DNA of 64,000 nucleotides from Utricularia gibba (Eukaryota > Plantae > Magnoliophyta), in NCBI GenBank assembly GCA_002189035.1, contig NEEC01000015.1:2418001-2482000 (forward strand), given 5' to 3'. The translations under genes and the position numbers were made by a program. Positions 50,511 through 64,000 of the stretch are shown here, piece by piece (within the stretch, counting starts at the first letter, position 1; every line of letters begins with the position of its first letter). The notes beneath the pieces are model-generated. The model saw nothing but the letters and a program-made list of their open reading frames with translations. It was not told the origin of the DNA and searched no databases.

Positions 50511-52709
50511 TTTTCTCCCAGTATAAAAACCAAGACAACATATAAATCTTACTGCTATCGGAAAAATGGAGCGATATATATAGAGAGAGATGCGAGCGCG
50601 GGGCGATCTTCCGGTGACGGTGTTTACTTGACGCGTAATGGTTTGAAAATCTCACTCCTTTTTCCTCAGTTTCCTCGTCTGAACACCCCGCTTCAAGTTT
50701 AGACCGGTCCGTCCTCAACAAATCACAGGTTCCACACACGGACCATCCGACTTATAAATATAAAATTATGTTTTAATTAAGATTATATATTAGTTCAAAT
50801 TAATGCTGATTAAAAATTCGACTAAAAAATCTTGAGTTTTGAAACATTACATTTATATAATTACTTTTAGTTTTCAAAATATTTTTACAATGAATTGAAT
50901 ACTATTTAACATATCATAAAAATGGTTAAAATTCAAAATTATGAATATATTGAAATTAGATTGAATTTAATTTTTTTTAAAACACTAATAAAAAACGAGT
51001 ATTTATGCTTTTATATTTTCCAATTCCAAAAAAAATATCTCATATAAAATTAAAAATATATATCTATTTAATCATCTATTCTCCTCCATTTGCCTCGCAT
51101 ATTAATTATATTAAAAAATGCACTTGTGTTCCAAAGAAATCAATGCAGACGCATTCAGCGCACACAATAAGACTGACTGCCCTGGAAGAACAGATTGATT
51201 GAGGTAACTAATATTAAACAAAATAGACATCAAATAATCTATTTATTATAAAAATGAAGAAATGTTATTATTGGCTGGTCAAAGTAAACGATGTCTAGAT
51301 TTAATTACTAAATATAGCTTATCTGTAAAGCAATACGATACGTAATATTAAATATTATACCTGAATGAAAATTGAAATTAGTGGGTGGTTAAAATTTAGC
51401 CAATTGTAGGTCGTATATATTATAAATAATTAGATAAATATAAAGCAGTCAAAAATACACTGAATTCAAGGCTTGACCCGGCCCCCGGTCCACACCCATG
51501 CGCGGTGCCTATTTTCAATTATGTGAACGTTGTTATTTAGTTTTAGATGGTAACTTGCCAACTGTATAACCGAATTTGGAAATTTTTTAATTTTAATTAA
51601 ATATTATCTAAAAAATGTTTGTCGATAAATAGAATCAAAATGAAGTGTAAATTAATAACAATATGTGACATTCAAAGCGGAGCAGTTGAATTTGATTGGA
51701 GTGTGTAGGGGTTAGGGGGTTCAGTTCTTCTACACTACATTCGGGGTATTGTCCTTGACTTGATCGTGGAATAGGAATCATTGTATTCATTGTTCAGGCA
51801 GGTTAGGTGGGTTAGTGCGTCCTTCTAGGAGATTGCATTACTTTTCAACACCTATGTCCTAAGAATGACATTTTTCCATTTCGACATTTATTGTCCAAAT
51901 GAAACTCTGATCAGAAGAGGAGTCCAAAAAATGCTGAACACTAAAAACAAGGGGAGGATGTGTTTGAATAATGAAGTGTTTGATTCATTTGTAATGAAAA
52001 TGTTCAAAATGGGAGAATTGCTGTCCAAGAAAAGAATCCCGTATGACTGATGCTCAAAGATTAGAAAATGGACGGAGTCACGGGTCGTGGAAAATAACAT
52101 TAATTAGAGGGAATTATTTCATTTACCCAGGAAATTATGTTTTTTTTTTGTTTTATGGTATAAGGTAATTAATAATATATTTAAATTATTTATATTTCGA
52201 TAAAATTGATTAAAGTGTTTTATAAATAATTCATCTATTTTATGAGAATCAAGCGCCGGAAAACAAAAAAAAAGGAACGAAAGGTCAATAAAAGGACAAC
52301 CTGAATTTAGTTTTTCCTTGGAAATTATTAATGGCACATCTCTAGCTCTATTGATCTTGGTCATTAGTCAAAGATTTTGGGTTGTATCTAGCCCGATTAT
52401 CGCACGTGCCAAAATGTCCATTTCTTTTGTATGTGCGTGAAATTAAAAACTATATAATAATTGATTTTTTAATTTTTAATTTTTTTTTAGTGTAACATTT
52501 GTGGGTCATCTAAGAATTTATTATTTAATGTGCGCCGAAGAAAACGAAATCCCAAGTTGGTAGAGTACATGAAGTCAATTTCTTCTATTTCTAGATGCTG
52601 AATAGCATAGCGGTTTTACTCGATGCCTTCTGTTTTTTGGTGTCCCTGGGTTTATGCATATTTATATTATTTCTCTACAATTTTCATGATTTATTATTTT
52701 TTTGAATTC

Positions 52710-53116
52710 AGTTGGCTTGGACGCCAAGCATTGGTGCTCCTAGGGCCCTCAACTTCACCGGCATTTCAGTTCCAAAGCCGGATTGTCACTGGGACGAAGC
52801 GACGCCGATGAGCAACCGTTGTTCCGATCATGAACGCCAGAATCATGCGGGGGCTGCCTCGCGGACATCAGTGTTTTCCTTATCTTTCTCCATCTAAATA
52901 CCGTTGGATTCGCCCAAAGCGTAGACCGGGGGTGGAGACGGAACGTATCCTTGATTATCAGCTGAAGGTAGGGCAGATTCGGGCGGTGGGTTCCTTGAGC
53001 TAGTCGTCCAGATCCGATGATTCGATCTATTTCTTCTTGAGCTTTTGAAAGCGATTTGGGTTGACGATGAAATCCGCTATCGCCCACTCCGTCACTAAGG
53101 CGGTTGCATTCATACC
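52710..53116 (-). pseudogene. Cytochrome P450 fragment, CYP93B/flavone synthase II-like
   Basis: I-helix GMNATALVTEWAIADFIVNP, a frameshift, then KAQEEIDRIIGSGRL..PNLPYLQLIIKDTFRLHP and WANPTVF. About 40 aa are deleted internally, the heme motif is degraded to RGSPRM (Cys codon changed to AGC at 52855-52853), and the N-terminal half is absent. Confidence 0.75.
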
Positions 53117-53137
53117 GTCGTTTAAATGGTTTGGGGA

Positions 53138-53195
53138 TGGGCTTGTGGGCCGTTAAATGTGCTTCCTCCGATCCAGGATTCGACGTTGATGGGCT
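53138..53195 (+). promoter_or_regulatory. Site II cluster, RPS15a promoter
   Basis: TGGGCT 53138-53143, TGGGCC 53146-53151 and TGGGCT 53190-53195, typical of plant ribosomal-protein promoters. Confidence 0.6.
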
Positions 53196-53643
53196 GGGCA
53201 GAAGGGTAAATGAGAAGGGTAGTTATGTAATTTGGAAATTAATTCTGTATAAATTTGCCTGAACCTCCAAATGGTTTAGGTTTAGTAGAGGCGCCATCGG
53301 AGTGTCGTTCGGCAAGCATAGAGGAAGCATCGGCCTAGCTGGTAGGTATTACGTTTTATGAGTTGGGTTTTTTGATGCCATGCGAAGGATTCTCATCTTC
53401 TTGTTGGTTGATGTTTGATGGGATATTGGTATGAATTCGTGTTCTTATAGTGATTAGGAATCTTAGCTGTTCCAGCGAGGTTTCTTTCCGATTCTATCCT
53501 TGTTTTTGTTCATCGCGTTCAGGGATAGTGAACTTACGGGTTTATTTGGCTGAGTGTGGGTAGGTTTGTCACTTTTGCGCTGTATAAGTTATCTGTGATT
53601 TCTGATGTTTGCGTTTTCAGCATAACTTAGCATTATCTACTAG

Positions 53644-54410
<767 letters not shown>

Positions 54411-55107
54411 TAAGAAAGGTGTCTCGGCTGTAGCATTATTGCTTTCGAATGGTTGGTGAGTGCACGAGCTTTCTTGTTTGCAATTGTTTCTCCAGATGAT
54501 GAGTTATTTAGCTGGATAGATTGTCTGTCAGTACTTGTCTTTTTCGTTCCATTGGCTCTTTCGGTAATGCCAAAGCAAATCCTCATGGAAAAGGTGCTTG
54601 CCATATCATGTTTGCCCCAACAAGCAGTAGTTACTGCCTAAGAACCCAAAGTAATCATCTTCCAGGTCCACACACTTGAGCACGAACTATGCAGATAACC
54701 AATGTTGTTGTGGAAAGAGGACTCTAATTTTGGTAAGTTCATGTCCCTTTCACCTTATACAATGCTGCATCATGGTACAAAGGAGAAGAGTGAAGCATGT
54801 CACTCCGTTTGCTGCTGTTCTTGCATTTCCCATAAGATGTCCATATGCGACCAGTAAGATTATGTTTAATTTAATCATGTAATAATATTGGGACCTTATT
54901 AATTAATTTAGGGATATAATAATATGGATTTTATGGGGCAAGGAATGTGTGTGAGCCCTGACCGCGGAACTATAATAACGTGTTTTTTTAAACTACCGGT
55001 AAATTCGTCAAAAGAGTCTGGGATCGCGAAAGGGAGGAACGGCGGCGTATTGATAAGCTTTCAGGAAATCGGAGGTGCCGTCGACATTCCCATTTTTCTA
55101 TCCATCA

Positions 55108-56879
<1,772 letters not shown>

Positions 56880-57438
56880 ATGCACAGTCAGTCACTAAAC
56901 CAGTGGCTGTTTTCTCTGAAGTAGAAAACAAGCATGGGAAGTGGAGGAGAGGAGATTATGGTGTAGGAGAGCGATATAGCCATTGGAGCTTCTTAAATGT
57001 GGTGTTGGTGTTTGCAAACTACTTTTTATTTATGTATGATGCTTTTATTCATGAGCCTGCAAATTGTTAGAACATAGCATCTTCCTCAGTTGGAAGATCT
57101 CTTATCAAGGGATGTTTGGTGCATTGCTGTTTGGTTGGCTTTATACCTGAATTCAAATATTTAGAACTGGGAGACAAGAGACACGCTGGTTCAGAATTCA
57201 CATTCCTTGATCTCTCTGTCTCTCTGTTTTTTTCTCTAAATATTTCTATAATATGACTCAGAATTCAGATAATTCTGAGAATATTTTAACTATTATTATT
57301 TGTTTTCTCGATAAAGAAATAAAGAATTTCTCTGTACGCATTCTCGGCAGTGCTGTACTCCTCACTGCCTGCGCCGGGTTGCTCTCAGCCCTAAATTCTC
57401 TCCGTCGGGGTTCTCGTTGAAGCTCCTGCATCGGCGCC

Positions 57439-58520
57439 ATGGTAATATTTTCTTCTCCGCTTCACCCTTCTCTTGGTGTCAAGCCTCTGTAAGCAGTATT
57501 GAACGAAGTTGATCTTTTTGCGTCTGGAATTTTTTTTCTTTTTCTTTTAATTTGTATGCCCAGTGTTGAAAGTGGCAATCATTTTCTGCATCGGCAACTG
57601 GACCTCGATTTCTTGTTTTCGAAATTTTGCGTTACGAAAAAAAAAAAAGAATTATTTTTGGCCTGATCCACTTAGCAACACTTGCTGCTCCGCTGCCACC
57701 ATTCATGTCTAGTCTTGGTGATCGACTACATGGTGGACTGGATCTGGGGCGTGAATTTTGAAGTGGAGCTTGATGTTTTCTGGATTTTTTTCCCCGGAAA
57801 TATGATGCTGTAAATGCTTCTTGCTCACATAGGATATTTGTCTACGGGATTTGTAATATTGTTGTGGATTACGTCTATGCCAATTATTATCACCATAGCA
57901 TTTTTCGGTAGATTTCTTCTGTTGCCTTCATTTTGGTGATTGATGTTTTCTTACATTAGCATGGAGTTTTCGCCGTCTTTATTCTTGAATTGCTTTTTTT
58001 TTTTTCCTTCAGGCGAATGCGGCTTCTGGAATGGCGGTTCACGATGATTGCAAACTGAAGTTTTTGGAGTTGAAAGCCAAACGCACACATCGCTTCATTG
58101 TCTTCAAGATAGACGAGAAGCAAAAGCAGGTTATGGTGGAAAAGCTTGGTGTGCCCAGTGAGACATATGAAAGCTTTGCTGCAAGCTTGCCTGCCGAGGA
58201 GTGCAGATACGCTGTTTATGATTTCGAGTTCTTGACTGAAGGGAATGTTCCAAAGAGCAGGATCTTCTTCATCGCATGGTTATTCCCACTCTCTGATTCC
58301 AGTTTTTTGACATTAATCGGATTATTCAGCCTGTTATCAGACCACATGCTAATCATTCGTTGCTCTTAGGTCCCCTGACACTGCCAGAGTGAGGAACAAA
58401 ATGATCTACGCGAGCTCAAAGGATAGGTTCAAGAGGGAATTAGATGGCATTCAGATTGAGCTACAAGCCACCGACCCGACTGAGATGGCTCTTGAAGTTC
58501 TCCAGAGTCGTGCCAACTAA
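57439..58520 (+). CDS. ADF: Actin-depolymerizing factor, 3 exons
   Basis: Exon 1 is the ATG alone (57439-57441), followed by an intron at 57442-58012. The protein continues [21 protein letters not shown]...CRYAVYDF...[48 protein letters not shown]...RAN*. Confidence 0.96.
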
Positions 58521-59011
58521 CTAGATCACTCTAAGTGATCTAGCAGAATGTCATTCCCTCTTCGCGCATCCTGGCATATAAATTGGTCTTCCCTTTCGAT
58601 TCTCGGCTTTAAATACTTTCATTTTGCCTATGCATTGTGTTGGCTGGATCACCATCTTGTAATGCTTGCTATAATATCAAGAATGCATTCTGGGATCTCT
58701 TGCTCGGCTCAGTCGACAACAAATCTAAATGTTGCATGTAGAAGTGGTTACCCATAGAGAATATTAATAGAACGAGCTGCTTCATATGTCCCATTCCCAT
58801 TTGCTACAAAGATGTTGAATTACCAACTTCACATTTTCCCCAAATGAAACAGAGAGCGGAGCCAAGAAGAATCTTGGACAATAAAGCGATAAAATGGAGG
58901 GGAGATTTTTTCCTCAGATTCAACCTGAACTGTGTGTAGATAATGCAACACATTGAAATTCATTCATGGTACAGGAAAGCTGAGATTGTGCTTGAAGCAG
59001 TTACCTTGCGC

Positions 59012-60480
59012 TCACACAAACTCGTTTGGAGGGCAAAGGCACACAGTAACCTCATGCTCGTCCGGTCCAGCACGGTGTTTTGGAACTTTAATTTCAAGAA
59101 CCATTCCAGTTTTGTCGAAGCATGCTTCAAGCATGGCATCATCTGGGATCCGTGTAGGTAGTGGTATTTCTCTTTTGAATTCCCCCGATGGACAGTGCTC
59201 TGGAGCTGGATCCGTGAGTTTAAACGTTCTGTCTTTCCTCTGAATAAATGGCAAGCATCCGGTGCTCACAGATGAGATTTTAACCACACCATAGGTGAGG
59301 CTGTTCCACCAGTGGACCTTAACCTTCTCAGGATCAGAAAAAGGCAATGCCACAAGTATTAGGTATCCTTCCTCATCCTCATAGATAGTTTTGGCTCCTG
59401 TAACAGGACCATAAACATTTTTCATCACCCCGGAAAATTCACTAAGCCAAGGAGGCTCAACAGGATGGAACTCTGCTTCTTGAATGCTATCTGTGTTAGT
59501 GCAATCGTTATCAGTTCCTTGGAGAATAAATCCTTCCTCTTCTTATTACAAGCGGCAGAGATGTCCGGTAAATTGCCATTCACTGTCGCTAAATTTAAAC
59601 TTGACCCATTGAGCATCTTCTTGGAGGGGTGTTGCAAGTTACTCTTCACAGATGGAAATGCTCTATCGAGCTCAAAATCCGTATTCGGAAGATTTCTCCA
59701 TGAACTGAAGTCTTTTGCCTCTGGTGGAACACAGAAGTTGAGATCCCGGCCCGTCAACTCTATCCATTTCTTCTGGTCTTCTTCATCAACGCCTATAAGA
59801 TTCGGCAATGGGACAAGCTCTATACCATGTAAGCACTGAGGATTCGAGAGCCCTCTGTAATGCTTCCGCTGCATTTTATGGGATCTCACAAAACCTTTAT
59901 CGACAGTAAACGGAAAAGGCGGCTGACCTTGTCGAGAGTGCCCATTCATGTAACTTCTCAACTGCATCTTCCCAAGTGCATTCTCAGGCCTCTCCTTAAA
60001 AACCCACATGTACATATTCTCCATGTCATGCTGCACAATGAAGATATCTAGCTGAAGATCAGATTTTTCGAAACCACTGCAGCAATCCATGCCCGTGCTA
60101 CACTTGGATTTTTCCTTCAAAACGGGCTTGAAATAGAATTTGAAAAAGAACCATGCACCCCATACGCTGTCCAACCTCTTGGCGCACTTCTTCCCTGTTC
60201 TAGGCAGATCAATAAGTTTGGTATTATCAACAGTATCGTTGATTTGACTCCCAAGGTTAACTTCAAGCATGTCAAAATAATCATGGTTCCATGGAGGAGG
60301 TGGCGGACTCGGCTCCACAGACAATGGCAGGTTGATATCCGGTGGCCCGGGAAGAATAACCGGCCGATTCATGTCGCGTTCCACCTCCACATGAGATGCG
60401 GCAGCAATTGAATCCATGGATAAATACGTCGAGGGAGCAAAATTTTCGATGCTCAAATTGGTTAAAAAATCCTCACCCAT
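59012..60480 (-). CDS. SLT1/FYD-like HSP20-like chaperone superfamily protein, intronless CDS (apparent -1 indel at about 59519)
   Basis: KKCAKRLDSVWGAWFFF, QHDMENMYMWVFKERPENALGKMQLRSYMNGHSRQG and GPVTGAKTIYEDEEGYLI...CPSGEFKREIPLPTRIP are present. The 1469-nt span equals 3n+2. Confidence 0.9.
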
Positions 60481-61916
60481 TTTCCAAAATCGGAACCCCA
60501 AATCCAACCCACACCAGAAACCCCACCCCGATAAATCACCTTCCCATTGAAATCCCTTCAAACTTTCGAAGACAAAATCCGTAAAGAATTTCGCCCATTC
60601 TGAAACACGCCCTATTCAGCGAGATCAACGAAGAACAAAAAAGAAATGAAACGGGTCAAGCATCGTTAAGCACGTACTCGGGAAAATACCACCAGACCGC
60701 GGTGCTGATCGGATGAGAGAAATCCCCTTCCCTTGGGAAGCTGCCTTGCAAGAAAAAAAAACAGCACAGTGGGTTTACCAGTGTAGAGATTAGAAATCGG
60801 AAATGAAACCGAGGACCAAACGGCGAGGCATTCCGTTAGAGAAACGTGGTAGATAACGGCGGCCAGATTTCCGTCTGGACCATACAAACGGCGAGAAACT
60901 CCATCCAATTAACCGGAGTTAAAAAAAGATACCCAGAAACAAGATCGGCGCCCCATCGGCCCAACAACACAACCAGGGCCCTTTGTCCCTATTTTATTTT
61001 GTCTATTTTCAATTTGTTTTCTTCCATTATAATCTACAAAAATAAAGCATATTCTTTCCTTTTATAAACTATTAAATATAAATCAAATACCAAATTATAA
61101 TTTAAATTTTTAATTTTTTTCAAATGATACTCATTTTCTGGTGTATAGTATTATTGAAGATAATTAGAAAATAATTATAGCATGTGCGCAATTTGTACAT
61201 GAAAGTCAAAATTAGGAAGTTTTAATGGTATTTTGTCACGTGTGGATTCTTTGCCCAAATCAATGAAATTATGGGGTTTGGGTAAGTGATGGCGATGATG
61301 CAAAACCTACACCAGGAGAAAAAGGAAAAGTCGAATATACCCTCTACAAGCATCTTTATCATATCACTTTTGGTTGCACTTCCATTTGCAGCAGTGAATC
61401 TCATGTTATAATGTAACACTCTCACCAAATATCATAAAGCCCTAATGAATATTGCACATTAGCTTTTAAGAAAAATCATTTATTATATAAAATTATTACC
61501 AATAATTGAACAATATTTGACGTCAATTATTTAATGAGCATGGGGCTCCTCCTCGTATAATTTGAGCACGGGCTTCACCGCGCCTCCGCCTCCTCCTCCT
61601 CCACTTCACCTGTCAATTCACTTTTTTGAAAGCGCTCCATCTTTCTGCTTCTTCTTCCTATCTTATCTTCCTTCGCAGGACAAAGGGAAGGGTTTTTTCT
61701 ATAGGGAGGGAGGTTCTTGTTGCGCCTGATATCTTTGAAGGCCTATTCCGTTTCACAGATTTTGGGAATCTGGTGAAAAATTACCCCAACTTGATTTTTG
61801 TGCGTCTGAGTTTGCAAGTGGTAATGTGGCAAAAAAGGGAAGTTGACCCTTTTTTTGGGATGGGATTGTAGTGCTTAAAGTAGTATTTTTGGGGGGAGAT
61901 TTTGGGTGGGCTAAAG

Positions 61917-62654
61917 ATGGGTTCTTTGAGTGGATTAACGCTTGCTTTGAGCAGTTTCTGTGGTTTGATATTGTTGGGTGTTGTTCTGGGGGTTTGCTAT
62001 TTGTTTTGGTGGAAGATGAGATACGCAAACGGGAGCAGAGTTGTTGATGAGGATTGCAGTTTTCTGCTGTTCTGGAAAAAGCCCCTTGCTGCTGCTCCTT
62101 CGGTGGTGGTAAGGGAGGAGCAAGTTTCGGAGGAGGCTAGGGATTTGGAGAAGGCCGAAAGTAACAAAGTTTGGGAGAGCGATGAGAAATGCACTGAGGA
62201 AAGCGTGGAAATGGAGCTGAGAAGAATGCATCAGCTACTGGGGCCGCCGAGATTTCTGTTCCCGATCAAAGAAGAGAGCAGAGAGGATCTGGAATCCGAC
62301 CGTGGGACTGTGAAATCAAGGAGCAAGAGTCTGAGCGAAGGCTGCTTTTACAACATGGATGAGGATACATCTTCCTATTCATCGTTCAGGAGATCATTTG
62401 ATTCCTACAGCAACATGGGTGTGAATCCCCTGTTCGAGTCCATGTCAGCGGACGAAATCAACAGGCTGAGATCATCTCCTCCTCCGAAACTCAAGTTCTT
62501 GAGAGACGCAGAGGATAAGCTGATCAAAAAGACATTGATCCTGGAGTACGAGCAGAAGTTGAGAACCCAGAGCCAGAATCCTCAGCCCCAGATTTCAAGA
62601 CACGAGGTCATCCACAGCTCTCAGGTTCTCCCTCTCTCGTCTTCCCCGACATAA
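61917..62654 (+). CDS. Uncharacterised single-pass membrane protein (At5g59350-like), 245 aa
   Basis: N-terminal hydrophobic helix LTLALSSFCGLILLGVVLGVCYLFWW, and the motifs GPPRFLFPIKEESREDLES, NPLFES and RSSPPPKLKFLRDAEDKL recalled for this family. Confidence 0.75.
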   Translation: MGSLSGLTLALSSFCGLILLGVVLGVCYLFWWKMRYANGSRVVDEDCSFLLFWKKPLAAAPSVVVREEQVSEEARDLEKAESNKVWESDEKCTEESVEMELRRMHQLLGPPRFLFPIKEESREDLESDRGTVKSRSKSLSEGCFYNMDEDTSSYSSFRRSFDSYSNMGVNPLFESMSADEINRLRSSPPPKLKFLRDAEDKLIKKTLILEYEQKLRTQSQNPQPQISRHEVIHSSQVLPLSSSPT

Positions 62655-64000
62655 CCTGTTGATTCAGAGGACGACAAATGGCGCTCCTACATCCACCCCC
62701 CAGCAGGCCCTTCAAGTTTACATTCTTTGAGGTGGAATCCCAACCCTTGTGTACGTTCCTGTTGGTTTGCAATCTGTACAGCAGTTTCCTTTTCGAAAAC
62801 CCCAACCAGAGCCTGCAAGTCAATCCAAATGGGACTAGAAAGGGAAAGGGAAACAAAGCCATTCAATTCGAAAAAAAAAAAAAACATTTCCCCCCATTTT
62901 CTTTAATCATCCGCCTCGGAGCACGGCATGATTGGTGATTGACGATTTCGTTTGTAGGTTTATATGGAGGTTTATGATGGGATTTAAAGATTTAATCTTG
63001 TTTAAAAAATAAGTTATAAATAAATTAAATTTTATCCATTTCCTTTATATAAACATGATACGAATAAAAATAAATCGAAATAGATATTTGATATATTAAT
63101 TTAATTATTTAAATATTCGTATATTGATAGCAATATATATTTAATAAATGAACGAGATATTTATTTTAACTCAACTTGTATGTGAGTTTCCAACCTAATT
63201 CATAAAATATCTACTTTAAACACATATATTCAGAATTTATCAATCTTAACCACATAATATGTATTTAAATAAATACATATAGCTCTAGGATATTATTAAT
63301 TATAATATCCTATCAAACTCACCTAAGCTAGAATTTCTTTTTCCATATTTTTAAAATTATAATTTATTTGGAGTTATTACAGGTCGATAGTGATACTCTT
63401 GATATAGATAATTAAACATGGAAGTCGTACCATTTGTGATGGTGGGGGATGAGGGGTTGGAGTCAAGTGATGGTGGCACGTCACGTAGCGGTCTAGTCGG
63501 GAATCATGTACAAAATACATGGCACGCGTGACACACGTTACTAAAAGAGACATGGGGGCGGGGGGAATCTGATAATGTTGGAGTGGGGCAAAAAGGGGAA
63601 AGCATAATTGATTGATTATTGGCGCTATTATTCAAACTCATAACGGCGTCGTTTAATGCGGGTACGCCCCTCCACTTATGGATCCACTCATTTTTTTACT
63701 GCTCTGTGTTTTTTTACCGTGCCTTTCACCACGGGGGATGGGGTGTCAAGATGAGTGCGATTAATTACCATGCTTTATTTACCTGCTTGTGCCGGGGAGT
63801 GAAAATAAGTAGGTTAATTGATGTCAAGACAATTTTGTTTTTTTTTTGGGAGGATAACGTTGACGGTAACGTTGACTTTGTGACGAGTAGGCAGCGGACC
63901 AAGACATTTCTCCGTCAATCAGTGTGGTCAATGGGGGAGGCGCTGGGTCCGATGCCAAGCAAGTGGATTGGGAGTGAAGCCTAATGCGATGTTGAAGTAG

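Noticed and set aside
50750-52600. AT-rich stretches (also 30480-30870, 42100-42650, 43200-43510, 62990-63420) as MITE or Helitron remnants
   Set aside because: I could not identify terminal inverted repeats, target-site duplications or transposase fragments by eye; a repeat library search is needed.

Overview
Eukaryotic (flowering-plant, eudicot) genomic DNA, unusually gene-dense: about 19 protein-coding genes plus 2 pseudogenes in 64 kb, with short introns and intergenic spacers. In order: SIZ1, a decayed CDC6, a DOF factor, APX1, NSF, a NOT4-like RING-RRM gene, a small two-exon gene with an in-frame TGA, WOX3, histone H4, NUDT9, ECA1, a KCS3/12-like gene, PCNA, ENO3, EXO70H, a CYP93B-like fragment, RPS15a, RABE1, ADF, an SLT1-like gene and an At5g59350-like membrane protein. 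The compactness and the CYP93B-like relic would fit a small-genome Lamiales plant such as Lentibulariaceae, but that is inference only. I saw no CRISPR array, tRNA, rRNA or intact transposon. At least 8 single-base indels, mostly in short homopolymers, break otherwise intact housekeeping genes; these are most likely long-read consensus errors and any annotation must allow for them. The most interesting items are an unprocessed CDC6 pseudogene invisible to the ORF track, a U12-type AT-AC intron in NSF, a duplicated exon end with its splice donor inside NSF, a small gene with an in-frame TGA, and uORFs in the SLT1-like leader. I found no evidence for a wholly new multi-gene system. All family assignments and Arabidopsis locus IDs come from manual translation and memory, not database searches.
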